A program made the position numbers and the translations under genes. Below are positions 13,471 to 26,440 of a DNA stretch of 64,000 nucleotides, one piece after another. Numbering within the stretch: the stretch's first letter is position 1; each line of letters starts with the position of its first letter. The notes beneath the pieces were generated by a model. The model was not told where the DNA came from, did not search any database, and saw only the letters and a program-made list of their open reading frames with translations. Source of the stretch: Chiloscyllium plagiosum (taxonomy: Eukaryota); assembly GCF_004010195.1 (NCBI RefSeq), contig NC_057718.1, positions 463,568 through 527,567 of the forward strand, read 5' to 3'.

Positions 13471-14063
13471 TGTTATGGACCAGACCAAACCCCCTCAAAT
13501 ATATTAGGCAGATAGCCTAGACCCTAACGTTTTCTTATTTTTAAAAGCTAAGTGTATGGTGTGGTGTTCTGGATGCAATTCCATTGGTCAAACTATCCAG
13601 CTTAAAGCAAGAAAGAAGAATTGGAATAATTTAACTCTACTGGAAAACTTAACAGAATAATAGATGATTTAATTACTCAACAGCAACTGTTCCAATATGG
13701 TAACATCCTATAAACACGCGTTTGGCAAAGGCAAATTCAGTAAAATAGATTGTCTGACATGCAATTCTAGCAGCAAGAAGAGAAGCCAAAATTCTAGCTG
13801 CTGCAGAGAGAGAGGAATAACATCTTCCACATCCAGCTTCAAGACCCCAGCAACTACTGAAAGCTGAAACTAAAATCCTGGGTCAGTGGGAACGTGACCT
13901 CACCCACTCATGCCACTTCTATTTTTTCCAACTTTTAAAAATAAAACCTCAAGGTCTCACAGGCTGTTTATTTGGTTGGCTTGGAACAGAGTGTTCAGCA
14001 TGTCTGTCTCAGCCTTTCTACACAAAAAAACCATGACAAAATATACCTCACTGTATTGTCACA
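13471..14063. mobile_element. Solo LTR (593 bp)
   Basis: TGT...ACA termini with 4-bp TSD gcat (13467-13470, 14064-14067). Confidence 0.7.
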
Positions 14064-14166
14064 GCATGTAGGTGCGAATGGATTTGAGGTGGGAAGAGGA
14101 TTAGGGCATCAAGCTAACCCACAGCTCATTTCCCATACTCTACCACTTACGTACAACTCTCACATC

Positions 14167-14794
14167 TGTCACAATGTTGCTCCCTTTTTTATAAAAGTTG
14201 TTCCTTTTCTCAAGGAGACTGTGTCCTTGGTTTTGTTCAGAGGGGTCATAAAATGCTCCTGGCCCCAATTAGACTGGTTTGGTACAGAGATTAAAGGGTA
14301 TTGAGGGACCTTTTTGTTTATAAGTAAACAGATGAGACTTCAGGCCAAAGTGGTCATGTTTTAGAAGTGACCTGTATAATGACAGGGGAGTGGTCAGCTC
14401 TCAAGTCCAGAACTAGTTGGAAGTTCAGCAGTGGACTGTGTGAATAGGCTCTCTCTCTCCTTCTGCCCTTCTAACTTCAACCTGTAAGCATTTGTTCCAT
14501 TTTTTAAACTGTGTTTTAAGGGGGTTTGCTTATTGGGGCTGTTGTGTATATTCGGAACAGCATAATTAAGTCTAGTTTGGATAGGCTGAGTTCTGTCGGG
14601 GTTCTTTATTCTGTTCTTGGTGTTTCATTGTGTAATTTTGTGAATAAATTTCTGTCTGTTTTAAAACCTAGTAGTCAACCTAGCTAAGCTACTCTGGGTA
14701 ATTCTCACTGTACACTTACCAAAACAAATTGCAAAGTTATGGTCTGGGTTGCCTGCTCAAGAACGTTTTGAGTGGTCTGGCCTAGTCCATATCA
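14167..14794 (+). mobile_element. Probable solo LTR
   Basis: TGTCACA start, ...ccatatCA end, internal TATA-like motif and AATAAA; no exact TSD. Confidence 0.5.
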
Positions 14795-14959
14795 CACTGT
14801 CTTGGAGGACCTTCTAGATTATGAACCTAACCTAGGAGGAGGCTTCACGTACACCAATTCACCTCGCAACTTTCTCCGTATCCCAATATTCCCAGCCACC
14901 AACAACTCGACCTTCCTGACATAAATCCATCACCGCTGACCTACATGGGCATTCCCAAT

Positions 14960-16800
14960 TAATCAATTGTGTTACAGCGAATTTGTGTTGACGAAACGCA
15001 TGTTATAATACAATGTCCTGTACATCCAGCTCGGTTTTGAAACCTCCTCCACCATTCTCTCAGACAGTGCATTCCAAATCCTAACAACTCCCTGAGTAAA
15101 GAAGTTTCTCCTCATCTCACTCCTAGTTCTCTTGCTGACAATCTCGAAGGTGTGACCCCTAGTTACTGATGTACTAACTAGTGTAAATAGCATATCCTTC
15201 TTTACCCTGTCACATGGTAGGAAAGTTAGTGGAAGCATCACTAAAGGAGAGAACAGAAGAATCTCCAGAAATGCAATAATGCAATAATAAATAATGTGCA
15301 TTTCAAAAGGGAAAATAGACAATGGTAATACATGGATGTAATTTATCTGAGTTTGTGAAAGGCCTTCAGTAAGATGTCCCATAACAAATAAAGGAATAAG
15401 ACCTGAGATCATAGAGTTAGGGAACTCACAGCAGACAGAACTCTGCCTGGCTTCAGAACAGAAAGCAGCTAATGGGAACAAAGGACTGTTGTCAAAGAGC
15501 TCAGGGTAGGAGGTAAGGCTCTGTAAGATCAGTGCTGGGACCATGGCTGCTCATGATTTACATTAACGATTTGAAGACTGGGATTAAGAATGCAATTTCC
15601 ACATTTGTGAATGATATCAGCTTAGAACACAGAGGGGTGGTGGAGATAGTGAACACAAACGTCATAGACTCAGATGTACAGCACGGAAACAGACCCTTTG
15701 GTCCAACCCGTCCATGCCGACCAGATATCCCAACCCAATCTGGTCCCATCTGCCAGCACCCGGCCCATATCCCTCCAAACCATTCCTATTCATGTACACA
15801 TCCAAATGCCTCTTAAATGTTGCAATTGTACCAGCCTCCACCACATCCTCTGGCAGCTCATTCCATACCCGTACCACCCTCTATGTGAAAAAGTTGCCCC
15901 TTAGGTCTCTTTTANNNNNNNNNNNNNNNNNNNNNNNNNNNNNNNNNNNNNNNNNNNNNNNNNNNNNNNNNNNNNNNNNNNNNNNNNNNNNNNNNNNNNN
16001 NNNNNNNNNNNNNNNNNNNNNNNNNNNNNNNNNNNNNNNNNNNNNNNNNNNNNNNNNNNNNNNNNNNNNNNNNNNNNNNNNNNNNNNNNNNNNNNNNNNN
16101 NNNNNNNNNNNNNNNNNNNNNNNNNNNNNNNNNNNNNNNNNNNNNNNNNNNNNNNNNNNNNNNNNNNNNNNNNNNNNNNNNNNNNNNNNNNNNNNNNNNN
16201 NNNNNGATTTGCTTTCCCAAACTGCAGCACTTCGCATTTATCTGAATTAAACTCCATCTGCCACTTCTCAGCCCATTGGCCCATCTGGTCCAGATCCTGT
16301 TGTAATCTGAGGTAACCCCCTTCGCTGTCAACTACAAAAGCATCATATCAAATTACAGGAGGACATTAATAAACTTCAAGAATGGAAAAATAATTGGTAA
16401 ATACTTTCCAACACATAAATGTGTGGTATACATCTTAGGGAATTGATGCATTATTTAGATGTTGCAAGTCCAGCTGGAGTACAGGAACGGAGGCATTGCA
16501 GATCCAAATCACTGGATGGTGCAGCACAGATTAGCAAAGCCATTAAGAAAGCAAACAAAGCCTTCGGCTTTATTTCTAAAGGTATGGAATTTAAAAGTAG
16601 GAAGGTTATGCATCGAATCTTGTTTAGACCATAATGTTCTGGTTACAAAATCATTAAAAGATTAATTAAAAGGACAATATCAAAAATGCAAAGTTATACA
16701 TCTCAGAAATAGATGGTTAGGTAGGGTCTCTTCTTGAACAAACAGCTAAGGGCAAGCTAGAAACATTATTCATGTTTTTGGGAGAGTGGACACAGAGGAA
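14960..16800. mobile_element. Nested CR1 fragments on both strands (includes N gap 15915-16205)
   Basis: TRGHTF...RRNFFTQGVVRIWNAL; WAEKWQMEFNSDKCEVL. Confidence 0.8.
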
Positions 16801-16902
16801 AGAGTGTTCACAGAAACACAGAAATTATGACAAGTAGGTCATTCAGTCCTTCGATCCTGCTTCTCCATTCATTTTGAGGATGGCTGCTCATCTAACTCAA
16901 TA

Positions 16903-17111
16903 AGGTAAAAACAATGACTGCAGATGCTGGAAACCAGATTCTGGATCAGTGGTGCTGGATTGCACAGGATCTCAGTGAATTGAACTGTAAACCATCAGCG
17001 AGGTAAAAACAATGACTGCAGATGAAGGGCTTTTGCCCGAAACGTCGATTTCAAAGCTTTTCAGATGCTGCCTGAATTGCTGTGCTCTTCCAGCACCACT
17101 GATCCAGAATC
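16903..17111. mobile_element. Complex Penelope pseudo-LTR insertion
   Basis: 14-bp TSD catctaactcaata (16889-16902, 17112-17125); repeated inverted element ends. Confidence 0.8.
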
Positions 17112-17784
17112 CATCTAACTCAATAGCCTGTTCCTGCTTTCTCTCTATCCTCTTTGGATTCCTTTATCCCAAGTGCTTATATCAAATTCCTTTTTGAAAT
17201 TGGTGTGGCCTTGACAGCTGTCTGTGGCAGAGAATTCCACAAGATCACGCTCTCTGGGTGAAGAAATCTCTCCACCTTTCAGCCCTAAATGGTCAAACCC
17301 ATTTCCATAAACTGTGACCCACCCCAGTTCTGGACTCCCCTATCACATTTACCTTCAGTAACTGATGCATAAGGATACACAGGTCCATGAAACCATAAGG
17401 AATAGGAACAGGAGTAGGCTGATTGGCTCCATGACCCTGACTCCACCATTCAATAGGATCATGCTTGATCTAACACTCCTCACGTCTTTCCTGCTCATGA
17501 CCTTGATTCCCCTATTGATCAAGAAATTATCTCAGCCTTAAGAATACAAGGACTCTGTCCCCACAGTTCTCTGTGGCAAGGAGTTCCAAAGACCCACAAC
17601 CCTCAGAAGAAATCCCTCCTCACAGCACAGGGGAATGGCAAAACTCATCGATACTGTCTCCATCAAACACTCCCAGGATAGGGGTACAGCACATTTATAT
17701 GTATTGGGCTGTGGACAAATGGTACCACTGGTTGGACAAGAGCTGACGTGATCCACAAATTCCACGCCATGTTTTAATACTTAC

Positions 17785-17863
17785 CAAAGCTTCTGTGATG
17801 ATGGTTCCAGAAGCTGACCAGGTAAATACTTCAATCTGTCCAGGAGTATCTATCAGAACAAAC
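17785..17863 (-). CDS. GPN1: GPN1 exon 6 (79 nt)
   Basis: [26 protein letters not shown] (G3 DTPGQ motif); tttcag/gtaagt. Confidence 0.97.
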
Positions 17864-18274
17864 CTGAAAGAAATGAGGGGACAACACCCCCTAATTAATC
17901 AAAGGAGAGCAATCCCAGGTCTAGTCCCTGACATCACACATGTCCCTCAGTCATGTCCCTCTCCTCAGTTGAAGGGCAGCTGGGGGTGGACAACAAACAC
18001 TGGCCTTGCCAGAATATCCACATGGCACAAAAGAACAAAATAATGCACCTTTGAATAAAAGTTTAACAATGTATGAAGATGAGGTTTCAGTTCAATCCTT
18101 CACTGCCCAGAACAATACCCCAGCTGGAGATAAATCCTCATCTTTCATACTTCTGGTCTATTTATAAAGGCAAGGATTTCTGTTACATCTTTGTTTGGAG
18201 CTACTGTCAGGAAATGTTAATCAAATAAAGTTGGGAATTGACTTCTGAAATAAAAGCAGAAAATGCTGGAAACA

Positions 18275-19800
18275 TCAGAACATAAGAACAAGGAGAGGTG
18301 GGCAATTCAAGCCCTCAAGGCTGCTCAGCCATTTAATACAATCATGTCTGATCTCATCTCAGCCTCAACCTTCCTGCCTACTCACTTAAATTATTTAACC
18401 TGTTATCAACAAATAATCTGTCCATCTCCTCCAATTTACTCTGGGATAGTGAATTCCACAGATTTATGACCTTTTAAGAGAAATAATTCCTCTTCATCTC
18501 CATTTTAAATCTGCCACCTCTTCATCTAAATCTGTTCCAGATTGTCCAACAAGGGGAAACACCCTCTCTACATCCACTATGTCAACGTCCTTTAACAGTT
18601 ATACACCTCAATTAAATCTCTTCTCATCATTCTGAACTCTAACAAGTACAGGCCTAAATGTTCAATGTCTCTTCATAAAACAAACCCTTTCATCTCTGGA
18701 ATTAATCTCATGAACTTTCGCTGAACTGTCTCCAATGAAGTTACATTCTTCCTCAATTAAAGGGACTAGAACAATACACAGTATCCTGACGCAATTTCAC
18801 CAACAGCTTGTACAGTTGCAACAACACTTCACTGCTTTGATACTTCTTCCTTGAGCAATACATGCCAAAATTATAGCTGCCTTCCTTATTATTTGCTGGA
18901 CCTGCATAGTTTGCTGTGATGCATCCACAAGAACACCCTGACCCCTCTGCACCAAAGCATTTTGAAGTTTCTCTCCATTTAGATAATAAGTTCCTTCTTT
19001 ATTCTTCCAATCAAATTTGATAACCTCACACTTATCCATGTCATTACTCTATCTGCCAAATTTTGGCCAATATCCTTCAATTTCACCCCCCCCACCTCAC
19101 CCTTCTAAACTCCGCTGTGTATAAACCCAGAGTCTTCAAACATTGCTGATATGTTAAGCCTTTCATTCCTGGGACCATTCTCGCGAACCTCCTCTGAACA
19201 TGCTCCAAGGCCAGGACATCGTTCCTGAGATAAGGGACCCAAAACTGCACACAATACTCCAAATGTGGTCTGACCGGAGTCTTACAGAGTCTCAGAAGTA
19301 CATCCCCGCTTTTTTTCTCTAGTCCTTTCAAAATAAATGCCTTCATTCCATTTGCCTTCCTAACCACTGACTCAAACTCCAAGTTTACCTTGAGAGAATC
19401 CTGGACTAGAACTCCCAAGTCTCTTTGCACTTCAGACTTCTGAATTTTCTCCCCATTTAGAAAATAGCCCATTCCTCTACTCCTCCTACCAAAGTGCATC
19501 ACCTCACACTTTCCCACGTTGTACTCCATCTGCCACTTCTTTGCCCACTCTCCTAACCTGTCCAAATCCTCCTGCAGCCTCCCCACCCTCTCAACGCTAT
19601 CTGTCCCCTTTACCTATCTTTGTATCATCTGCAAACCTAGCCAGAATGCCCTCAGTTCCTTCATCTAGATCATAAATATATACATGAAAAGATGTGGTCC
19701 CAACACTCAGCCTTGTGGAACACCAGTTGACCCCAGCTACCATCCTGAAAAGGACCCTTTTACCCCACTCTCTGCTTTCATCAAAGCTAATCCCACTCTT
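18275..19800 (-). mobile_element. CR1 LINE RT/3' fragments
   Basis: LQEDLDRLGEWAKKWQMEYNVGKCEVMHFG...VRPHLEYCVQFW. Confidence 0.9.
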
Positions 19801-20160
19801 TATATCCCTCTATCAATCTAAAACCCAGCTGACTGTTGAGACTGAATTAGCGAAGGTCAGTGATCGCTCCACTGGAGGCCATACAGCCTTTGATGCTCTT
19901 TTTGGCCTTACACCCTCAGGTCCCAAATTAATGCCATGGCCTCACTGTCACCACAGCTCGATATGAGTTCCAAACACTTTCTCACAGTCCAGTATCCATC
20001 TAAATGTCCTCACTATATCCTCTGAAAGTGTCTGTGAGCCGTTCGACATATTCCCCATGACACTTTGAGAGTGTCCTTATAAACATACAATAGCAGAATA
20101 ATAAGGATACAGGTATTCTGAAACAAGAGCTGGTCCACAGCACATCATGATGCACAGAGG

Positions 20161-20500
20161 GGGCACGGTGGCTCAGTGGTTTGCACTGCTGCCTCACAGC
20201 ATCAGAGGCCCAGTTTCGATTCCAGCCTCGGGTGACTGTTTGTGTGAAGTTTGCATATTCTGTGGGTTTCCTCTGGGTGGTCCGTTTCCTCCATAGTCCA
20301 AAGTAGTGCAGATTAGGTTGATTGGCCATCCTGAATTGCCCATAGTGTCCAGGGATGAGTAGACTAGGTGGGTTAATTATGAGAACTATAAGGTTAGAGG
20401 GATATAGTGGAGGTGCTGGGTGTGGGTGGGATGCTTTTCAGGGGGTCAGTGTGGACTCGGTGGGCCTAATGGCCTGATTTCGCACTGTAGGAATTCAATG
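20161..20500 (+). mobile_element. tRNA-derived SINE (HE1-like)
   Basis: A box tggctcagtgg, B-box-like tttcgattcc, conserved core, CR1-like tail ...cactgtag. Confidence 0.8.
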
Positions 20501-22272
20501 ATCATGAATAGAAAATAAAACACAGTTTCCCAGGGAGCAGGTTTTAAGAAATTGGTATCTGTATATCACTCCACTTGGAATCTGTTTGTAGTAGGTTTTC
20601 ATCTGCTGCGTCTGACCATTGCAAGAATTATGTCTGTAAGCTAACTCCACCATCTACTTCCCCTTCATTATTAGGGGAAATCTCTTGATCCCCAATTTCT
20701 GTCTCTAAAGATGTTCTCTTCTTGTTGAATGAAGCTGTGGCGGGTGTAGCACACTACAATGGTGTGATTATTTCTTCTGGTACAGGATATTTTCTAACCA
20801 ACTGGTCCAGAGATTCTGTTACACACCTTTGGAGCAGATGGGACTTGAATAAGATTTCCTGGTTTAGAAGTTAGGGCATTACTACTGTACCACAAAAGCC
20901 TCTTTTGTTTCTGGTGTTTACTGGAGTGCACCACCTAAGAGGGCTAATCACCTGAAGCTCAGTTTGAGCAGTTCTATCACCATTTCAATGCTGACCTTTG
21001 TGGAAGCATGTACAATGTTCTCCCTCTCTTTAGCAGCAGTCTGATGACACCATTTGTGTCAGGGCTTCATGGTGTAGTCTTCACCTTCCAGTAACCAGCT
21101 GGAAGTGAGATTACAGCCACTTGAGCACTCCGGAATGTAGGAGCCTTGAGAATTCCCTGGATATTGTGAGAAGCTGGAGTATTTGGAATGGCGTGGTCAC
21201 ACATTAGTTGTATGTTACAGAAATTCTATTGAAGAAGACAGTTGCAATTCCCAAGGCATTCTAATGGTAGTGAGAGCTACCTACTGTATTTTGCACCTGT
21301 GGGAAACAACACTGCCGTGGTCTCTGCATCCATGGGAACCCTTACAAACCCCTGGGCTCTTCAGAGGAGAATATCAGTGACCTCCTGTATGCACTTGAAT
21401 AGCTGGCAGTGAGTCCACAGAGGTTCTCAGCGGAGCCTGTGACAAGCCTTAAGTTCAGGACTGTGGATAATGTCAAGGCACCAGGCACCGGATTGTCTCA
21501 GAATTCCTGCAGTTGCATGCCCTCATCCAGCAGTTGCCATTGGTAGAACACAACCCACTGAAATATCTTAGTGCACCTTCTGCATTGTATTGGCTAGTAG
21601 AGTTGGCTGTAGCATCATTTAGACTCTGTTTCTGACCAATGCGCAATGTGATTCTGGCTCCTGCTTACTTCGATCCTGAGCCTCTGCAGGCTCAATCTGC
21701 GTCTGCTCTGGCTGCTCCCTTATCCTTCTGCCCTTTTCCCTTTTCATCTGCAGTATAACCAGGAGTGTGGAGTTGTTCTCTTTTATAGTATTATCAGTTT
21801 CAGTAGATCTGCAAATACAGTTGATTGATCCATACAGGTGTAATTGTCTTTCAGTTGTGTCCTCCATACCTGCTCCATGATGCCACACTAAGCCCTTCAT
21901 TTAGGCGGCCTCTCCTGGCCACCTCCTCATCCAACAGGTATATCATGCCGAGGTCTATCCCTGTCATCTCACAGGACAACTATTTCAGCAAAACAATCAC
22001 AGCACGGAGACAATGGGAAATGCTGGGATACGTGAAGCATGTCCATGCATCTTCCTGGACACAACAGTGAGGATCTCTACAGCGAGGATGAAAAACAACC
22101 CCGATGGTATTCACAGATCTGCTGCCAAGCTGACCCCATCACTTACAAACTTTCAGCTGGGAAACCTTTGCCACATGAGGTCCTTAACACTTATATAAAA
22201 TGGGTCTTTTTCAGGCTGGCATGATCTCATGTGTGGTTTGCCACAGGGCCCAGTACTGGGCCATGAAATGCA

Positions 22273-22392
22273 ATTCCTGATGAAGAGCTTATGCTCAAAA
22301 CACCAATTTTCCTGATCCTCGGATGCTGCCTGACCTGCTGTGCTTTTCCAGCACCACACTCTTTCACTCTGATCTCCAGCATCTGCAGTCCT
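22273..22392 (+). mobile_element. Penelope pseudo-LTR fragment with degenerate hammerhead
   Basis: attcctgatgaagagcttatgctcaaaa...ccagcatctgcagtcc. Confidence 0.75.
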
Positions 22393-23340
22393 TGTGTTCT
22401 GAAGCAATGCTGATTCATTAGCCGTACAAGACTCTTTATCCATTGGACTCAATAAAATATCTCTTCAGACAGATAAAGATTCTAAACATTAGCTTGGCTC
22501 ACCAAAAAAAAACTGTTCTCCTGCTTTCTGTATTGCTTATTTGCCAGCACCTCGGCTTTCTCAGGAGAATATCGAAAGCTCAGATGTATCACTTTCTCAC
22601 TTCTCTCTCCTTCTACCCTAAATCAGCATTCACCCACACCACCTTGTGATCCATGTTACCATTTCTCTGGAACCTTCCTCCATTTTCACTAATCCCATCC
22701 TTTGTGCCCAAGCACTAAGCAAGAGGTCCCAGTCCCCTCCTGACCTAGAATTCTCCCACTCTCTAGGTGACCTGCTCTGAGGTTATATAAGCCCTGACCA
22801 TGACCATACAATTCCCACTGTACCTCCAACTCTTCCCCGTGCCTGATGATTGTAGTTTTTGTCACTCAGAACCACTATTCACATCATCAGGAGTTAATGT
22901 CCGACAGTGCCATAACACTCAGCTCTTTGTGATGCACCCTGCCTGTACGACCCAGGGCAGATATGGAATGTGCAGGAATGTCTACTCTTCTAGCCTTGGA
23001 CAGACAGCGCTTGTCTATTTATAGACCTTGTCTATTTATCCATGCCCCTCATGATTTTATAAACTTCTATAAGGTGATCTTGCTGTGTATCATTTTCGCT
23101 CCACTTGCACAGCCTACACAATTCAAAATTAACCTTGACTTAAAGCTACACCACAATAAAAGCAAAGCAACAGGTATTCACTCTGAAGACCAGGGAGAAG
23201 TGGAGCTCGGCAGGCGGAGGCTATTTAGAAACAGATAGTCAGGTTTGTGAAGGCACGTAATTCACAATTGAGTGAACTTAATTAGCAGAGTAACTTATTA
23301 CCAGCAAGTTGCAACAGCAGTAGACTTGGTAACTTTAAGG

Positions 23341-23542
23341 CGAAAGTGAGGACTGCAGATGCTAGAGATTAGAGTTGAAAATGTGGTGCTGGAAAAGCAC
23401 AGTAGGTCAGGCAGCATCTGAGGAGCAGGAGAATCGACATTTCGGGCAAAAGCCCTTCATCAGCTGTTTTCTGAAATGTCAATGCTCCTGCTCCTCGGCT
23501 GCTGCCTGACCTGTTGTGCTTTTCCAGCACCACACTCCCGCC
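23341..23542. mobile_element. Inverted Penelope pseudo-LTR insertion
   Basis: Minus-strand CTGATGA...GAAA core; aactttaagg duplicated at 23331-23340 and 23543-23552. Confidence 0.75.
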
Positions 23543-24311
23543 AACTTTAAGGGCATTTAAATGGTCATTGGACAAACATATGGATGAGAATGGAATTGTG
23601 CAAGTGAGATGGGCTTCTGACTGGTTCCACAGATCGGTGCAACATCGATGGCCGAAGGACCTGCACCACGCTGTAATGTTCAATGTTCTAAGTTGTGTTT
23701 TTAATGAGATGCAAATACATGCAGATGGGCTTCCCAATATCTGCAGTCGGAAGGTCAGTATGCTTTCTAAAGGTTAGAGAACATCATTGCAAAGGTTTAC
23801 CCTGCACTGAGCTACTGAATTTTCAACTCTCACCTAATTAAATACTCCTACCCATTCCTCATTTCTTTTTCAGGACTAGAGAATTCGGCCTAACCTCATG
23901 GATTTGACGTTTACACATTAGTGTACACACACATTGACTTATTTAACTTTTCAACACAATGAATTTGTCCCAAATCACCTGTGTCTTTGATTTTGCCTGT
24001 TTGTAGCCTACAACCTTGTCATGGGCCCTAATCTCACTGCATTGCAGTCGTGATATTGCTCCATTATTTATTTGTTCGATTTAGTTCTCTGTCTAAATTT
24101 CTGTTACATTCCAGTGTGGCAACAAACACTTTACCGACATCCCCACACAACAATCTAAAGAATGTGAGGCATTATAATTGAGAATATTTGAAGTTTAGGA
24201 TGGATAAGGCAGAGATTGTAACATCATTTCAAAGAGAGAAACTGAAAAGCTAATGTGGAGTTCCAGGTAATGGCTCAAATGGCCTCCCAGTTTACGACAA
24301 AATTCACTCAC

Positions 24312-24349
24312 CGACAGTCCTGTTGTCTCTTCTCAATAAATTTCATAAC
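24312..24349 (-). CDS. GPN1: GPN1 exon 5 (38 nt)
   Basis: VMKFIEKRQQDC(R); cag/gtgagt; phase consistent with neighbours. Confidence 0.93.
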
Positions 24350-24579
24350 CTGTACCAGAGAGTGAAGAGGGATAGCATCAACAACAAAACACACAAAACC
24401 CTTCAGGAAATTTCAACACCACAGTTTAGTAAATTCAACAACTAGAACATCATCTAGCCGGGTGATAGGAAGGCTCGGACAGGGGTCAGGGCCCCAATGA
24501 TCAGGCAGAAGCAGCGGAGTTGTAGATCCTAAAATGAACACTCTCCCTCCATCCCTCCCCACAACCAATAGGCTCTCAC

Positions 24580-24646
24580 CTGATCAAAACGTGTAGCGAA
24601 CAGGTTTAAAGCGGTTACGATGCCACCATTGGGTCCAAGGCCATAC
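24580..24646 (-). CDS. GPN1: GPN1 exon 4 (67 nt), GPN loop
   Basis: [22 protein letters not shown] contains the family-defining Gly-Pro-Asn motif. Confidence 0.97.
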
Positions 24647-24719
24647 CTGGAGCTGCAGTTCAGGGAAACAAATCAGCTGCTTGATCAAGAACAGACAGGC
24701 GGAGAACGCACACGGATAT

Positions 24720-26440
24720 AAACGTAGAAACATCAAAACTTACAGCAGGAGTTGGCCTTTGGCCCTTCAAACCTACTCCATCATATTTTGTCCCCATACC
24801 ATTTGATCCGTTTAACCATAAGAACTATATCAGTTTCCTTCTTGAAAATATTCCACATCTTGGGCTGAACTGTGGCAGAGAATTCTACAGGCTCAGTCTG
24901 GGTGCTCACCTCAGTGATAAACATCTGCCCATTATCCTTAGAGCCTGGTTCTGGACTTCCCAGTCATTGCAAACATCCTTTCTGCATCTGCCCTATTTAA
25001 TCCTTTAACAGGTTTATACCTTTCAATGAGATCCCTCCTCATTCTACTAAACTTCAGTGAACATAGAAGATTACAGCGCAGTACAGGCCTTTGACCCTTG
25101 CTGTTGCGTCGACCTGTGGAACCAATGTGAAGTCCATCTAACCTATACTATTCTCATCATACGTCTATCCAATGACCATTTAAATGCCCTTAAAGTTGGC
25201 GAGTCTACTACTGTTGCAGGCAGTGCGTTCCACGCCCTACTACTGCTCTCTGCAACATAGTCCTAATAGATCCAATCTCTCTTCAGACATAACCCCAGGA
25301 ACCAATCTGGTGTACCTCTGCTTATAGCAGAACATCCTTCCTGAGGACGGGAGACCAAACCTGCACATAATACTCCAGGTGTGGTCTCACCAAGACATGC
25401 CTGCGCCTGTACTCGAATCCTCTTGCTATGAAGGTCAACACACCATCTGCTTTCTTCACTGCATGTTACACATTTACTTTCAGTGACTAGTGTCCAGGAA
25501 CACCTAGGTCTCATTGCACCTCCTCCTTTCCCAACCTATCATCACTCAAATAATCTGCCTTCCTGTTTTTGCTACCTTCACATTTACCCACATAATAGTT
25601 CATCAGTTATACACTTGCCCACTCACATAAAAGAGGATAACTAAAGCACTGAAGTTGATTTCCTGAGGGATAAAACCAGAAAGTGGGAGCAGTTAATAAT
25701 GTATACAGTGTTCTAGGTTTTATTCACAACTGTATATAACAAAGTGATGTTGCTCTTGCCTCAGACCTCAGTCCTGAACACTTCAGAGGAAGGATATCAA
25801 CACATTGGAGAAAGTGCAGCAGAGACTGGTTTCAGGAATAACAGACTTTAGTTATGAGCTGAGATCAGAAAGGATGGGATTGTTTTTGCCAAGAGAAGAT
25901 TTAATAAAAGTTTGCAAAACGATGTGAAGGCTGGAGAGAATGGATGGGGAGAAATTGCTCTCACTTGTCAAGGATCAAGAATAAGTGGACACAGAATAAA
26001 ACTGATTTGCAAAAGAACTAAGCACAATATAGGAAAGAACATATTCATTCAGTGAGTTGTTAGGGTCTGGAGAGCACTGTTTGGAAGTGTGGTGCAGGTC
26101 AGAGAGATGTCCAGCATAGTACAAACTCTTTGGTGGAACTTGGCCATGCTGACCATGCTAAATTAATCGAGACCCATTTGCCAGCACTTGGCCCATATCC
26201 CTCTAAACCCTTCCGATTCATATTCCCATCCAGATGCCTTTTAAACATTGTAACTCTGCCAGCCTCCACCAGATGCTCTGGCAACTCATTCCATACACAC
26301 CACCCTCTGCAAGAAAACCTGCCTCTGAGGTCCCTTTTAAATTATTCCCCCCCACCAGCATCTAAAAACCTAGGCCCTTTAACTTTGGACTCCTCTCCAC
26401 TGGGGAAATGACCCTGACTATTCAACGTACCCATGCTCCT
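24720..26440. mobile_element. Cluster of CR1 3' fragments
   Basis: CR1 3' motifs such as FKRHLD and ggagtattatgtgcag. Confidence 0.75.

Noticed and set aside
20930..22110. Non-CR1-looking stretch in GPN1 intron 5, possibly an old retroelement
   Set aside because: No convincing motif or open frame could be read, so it is left unassigned.
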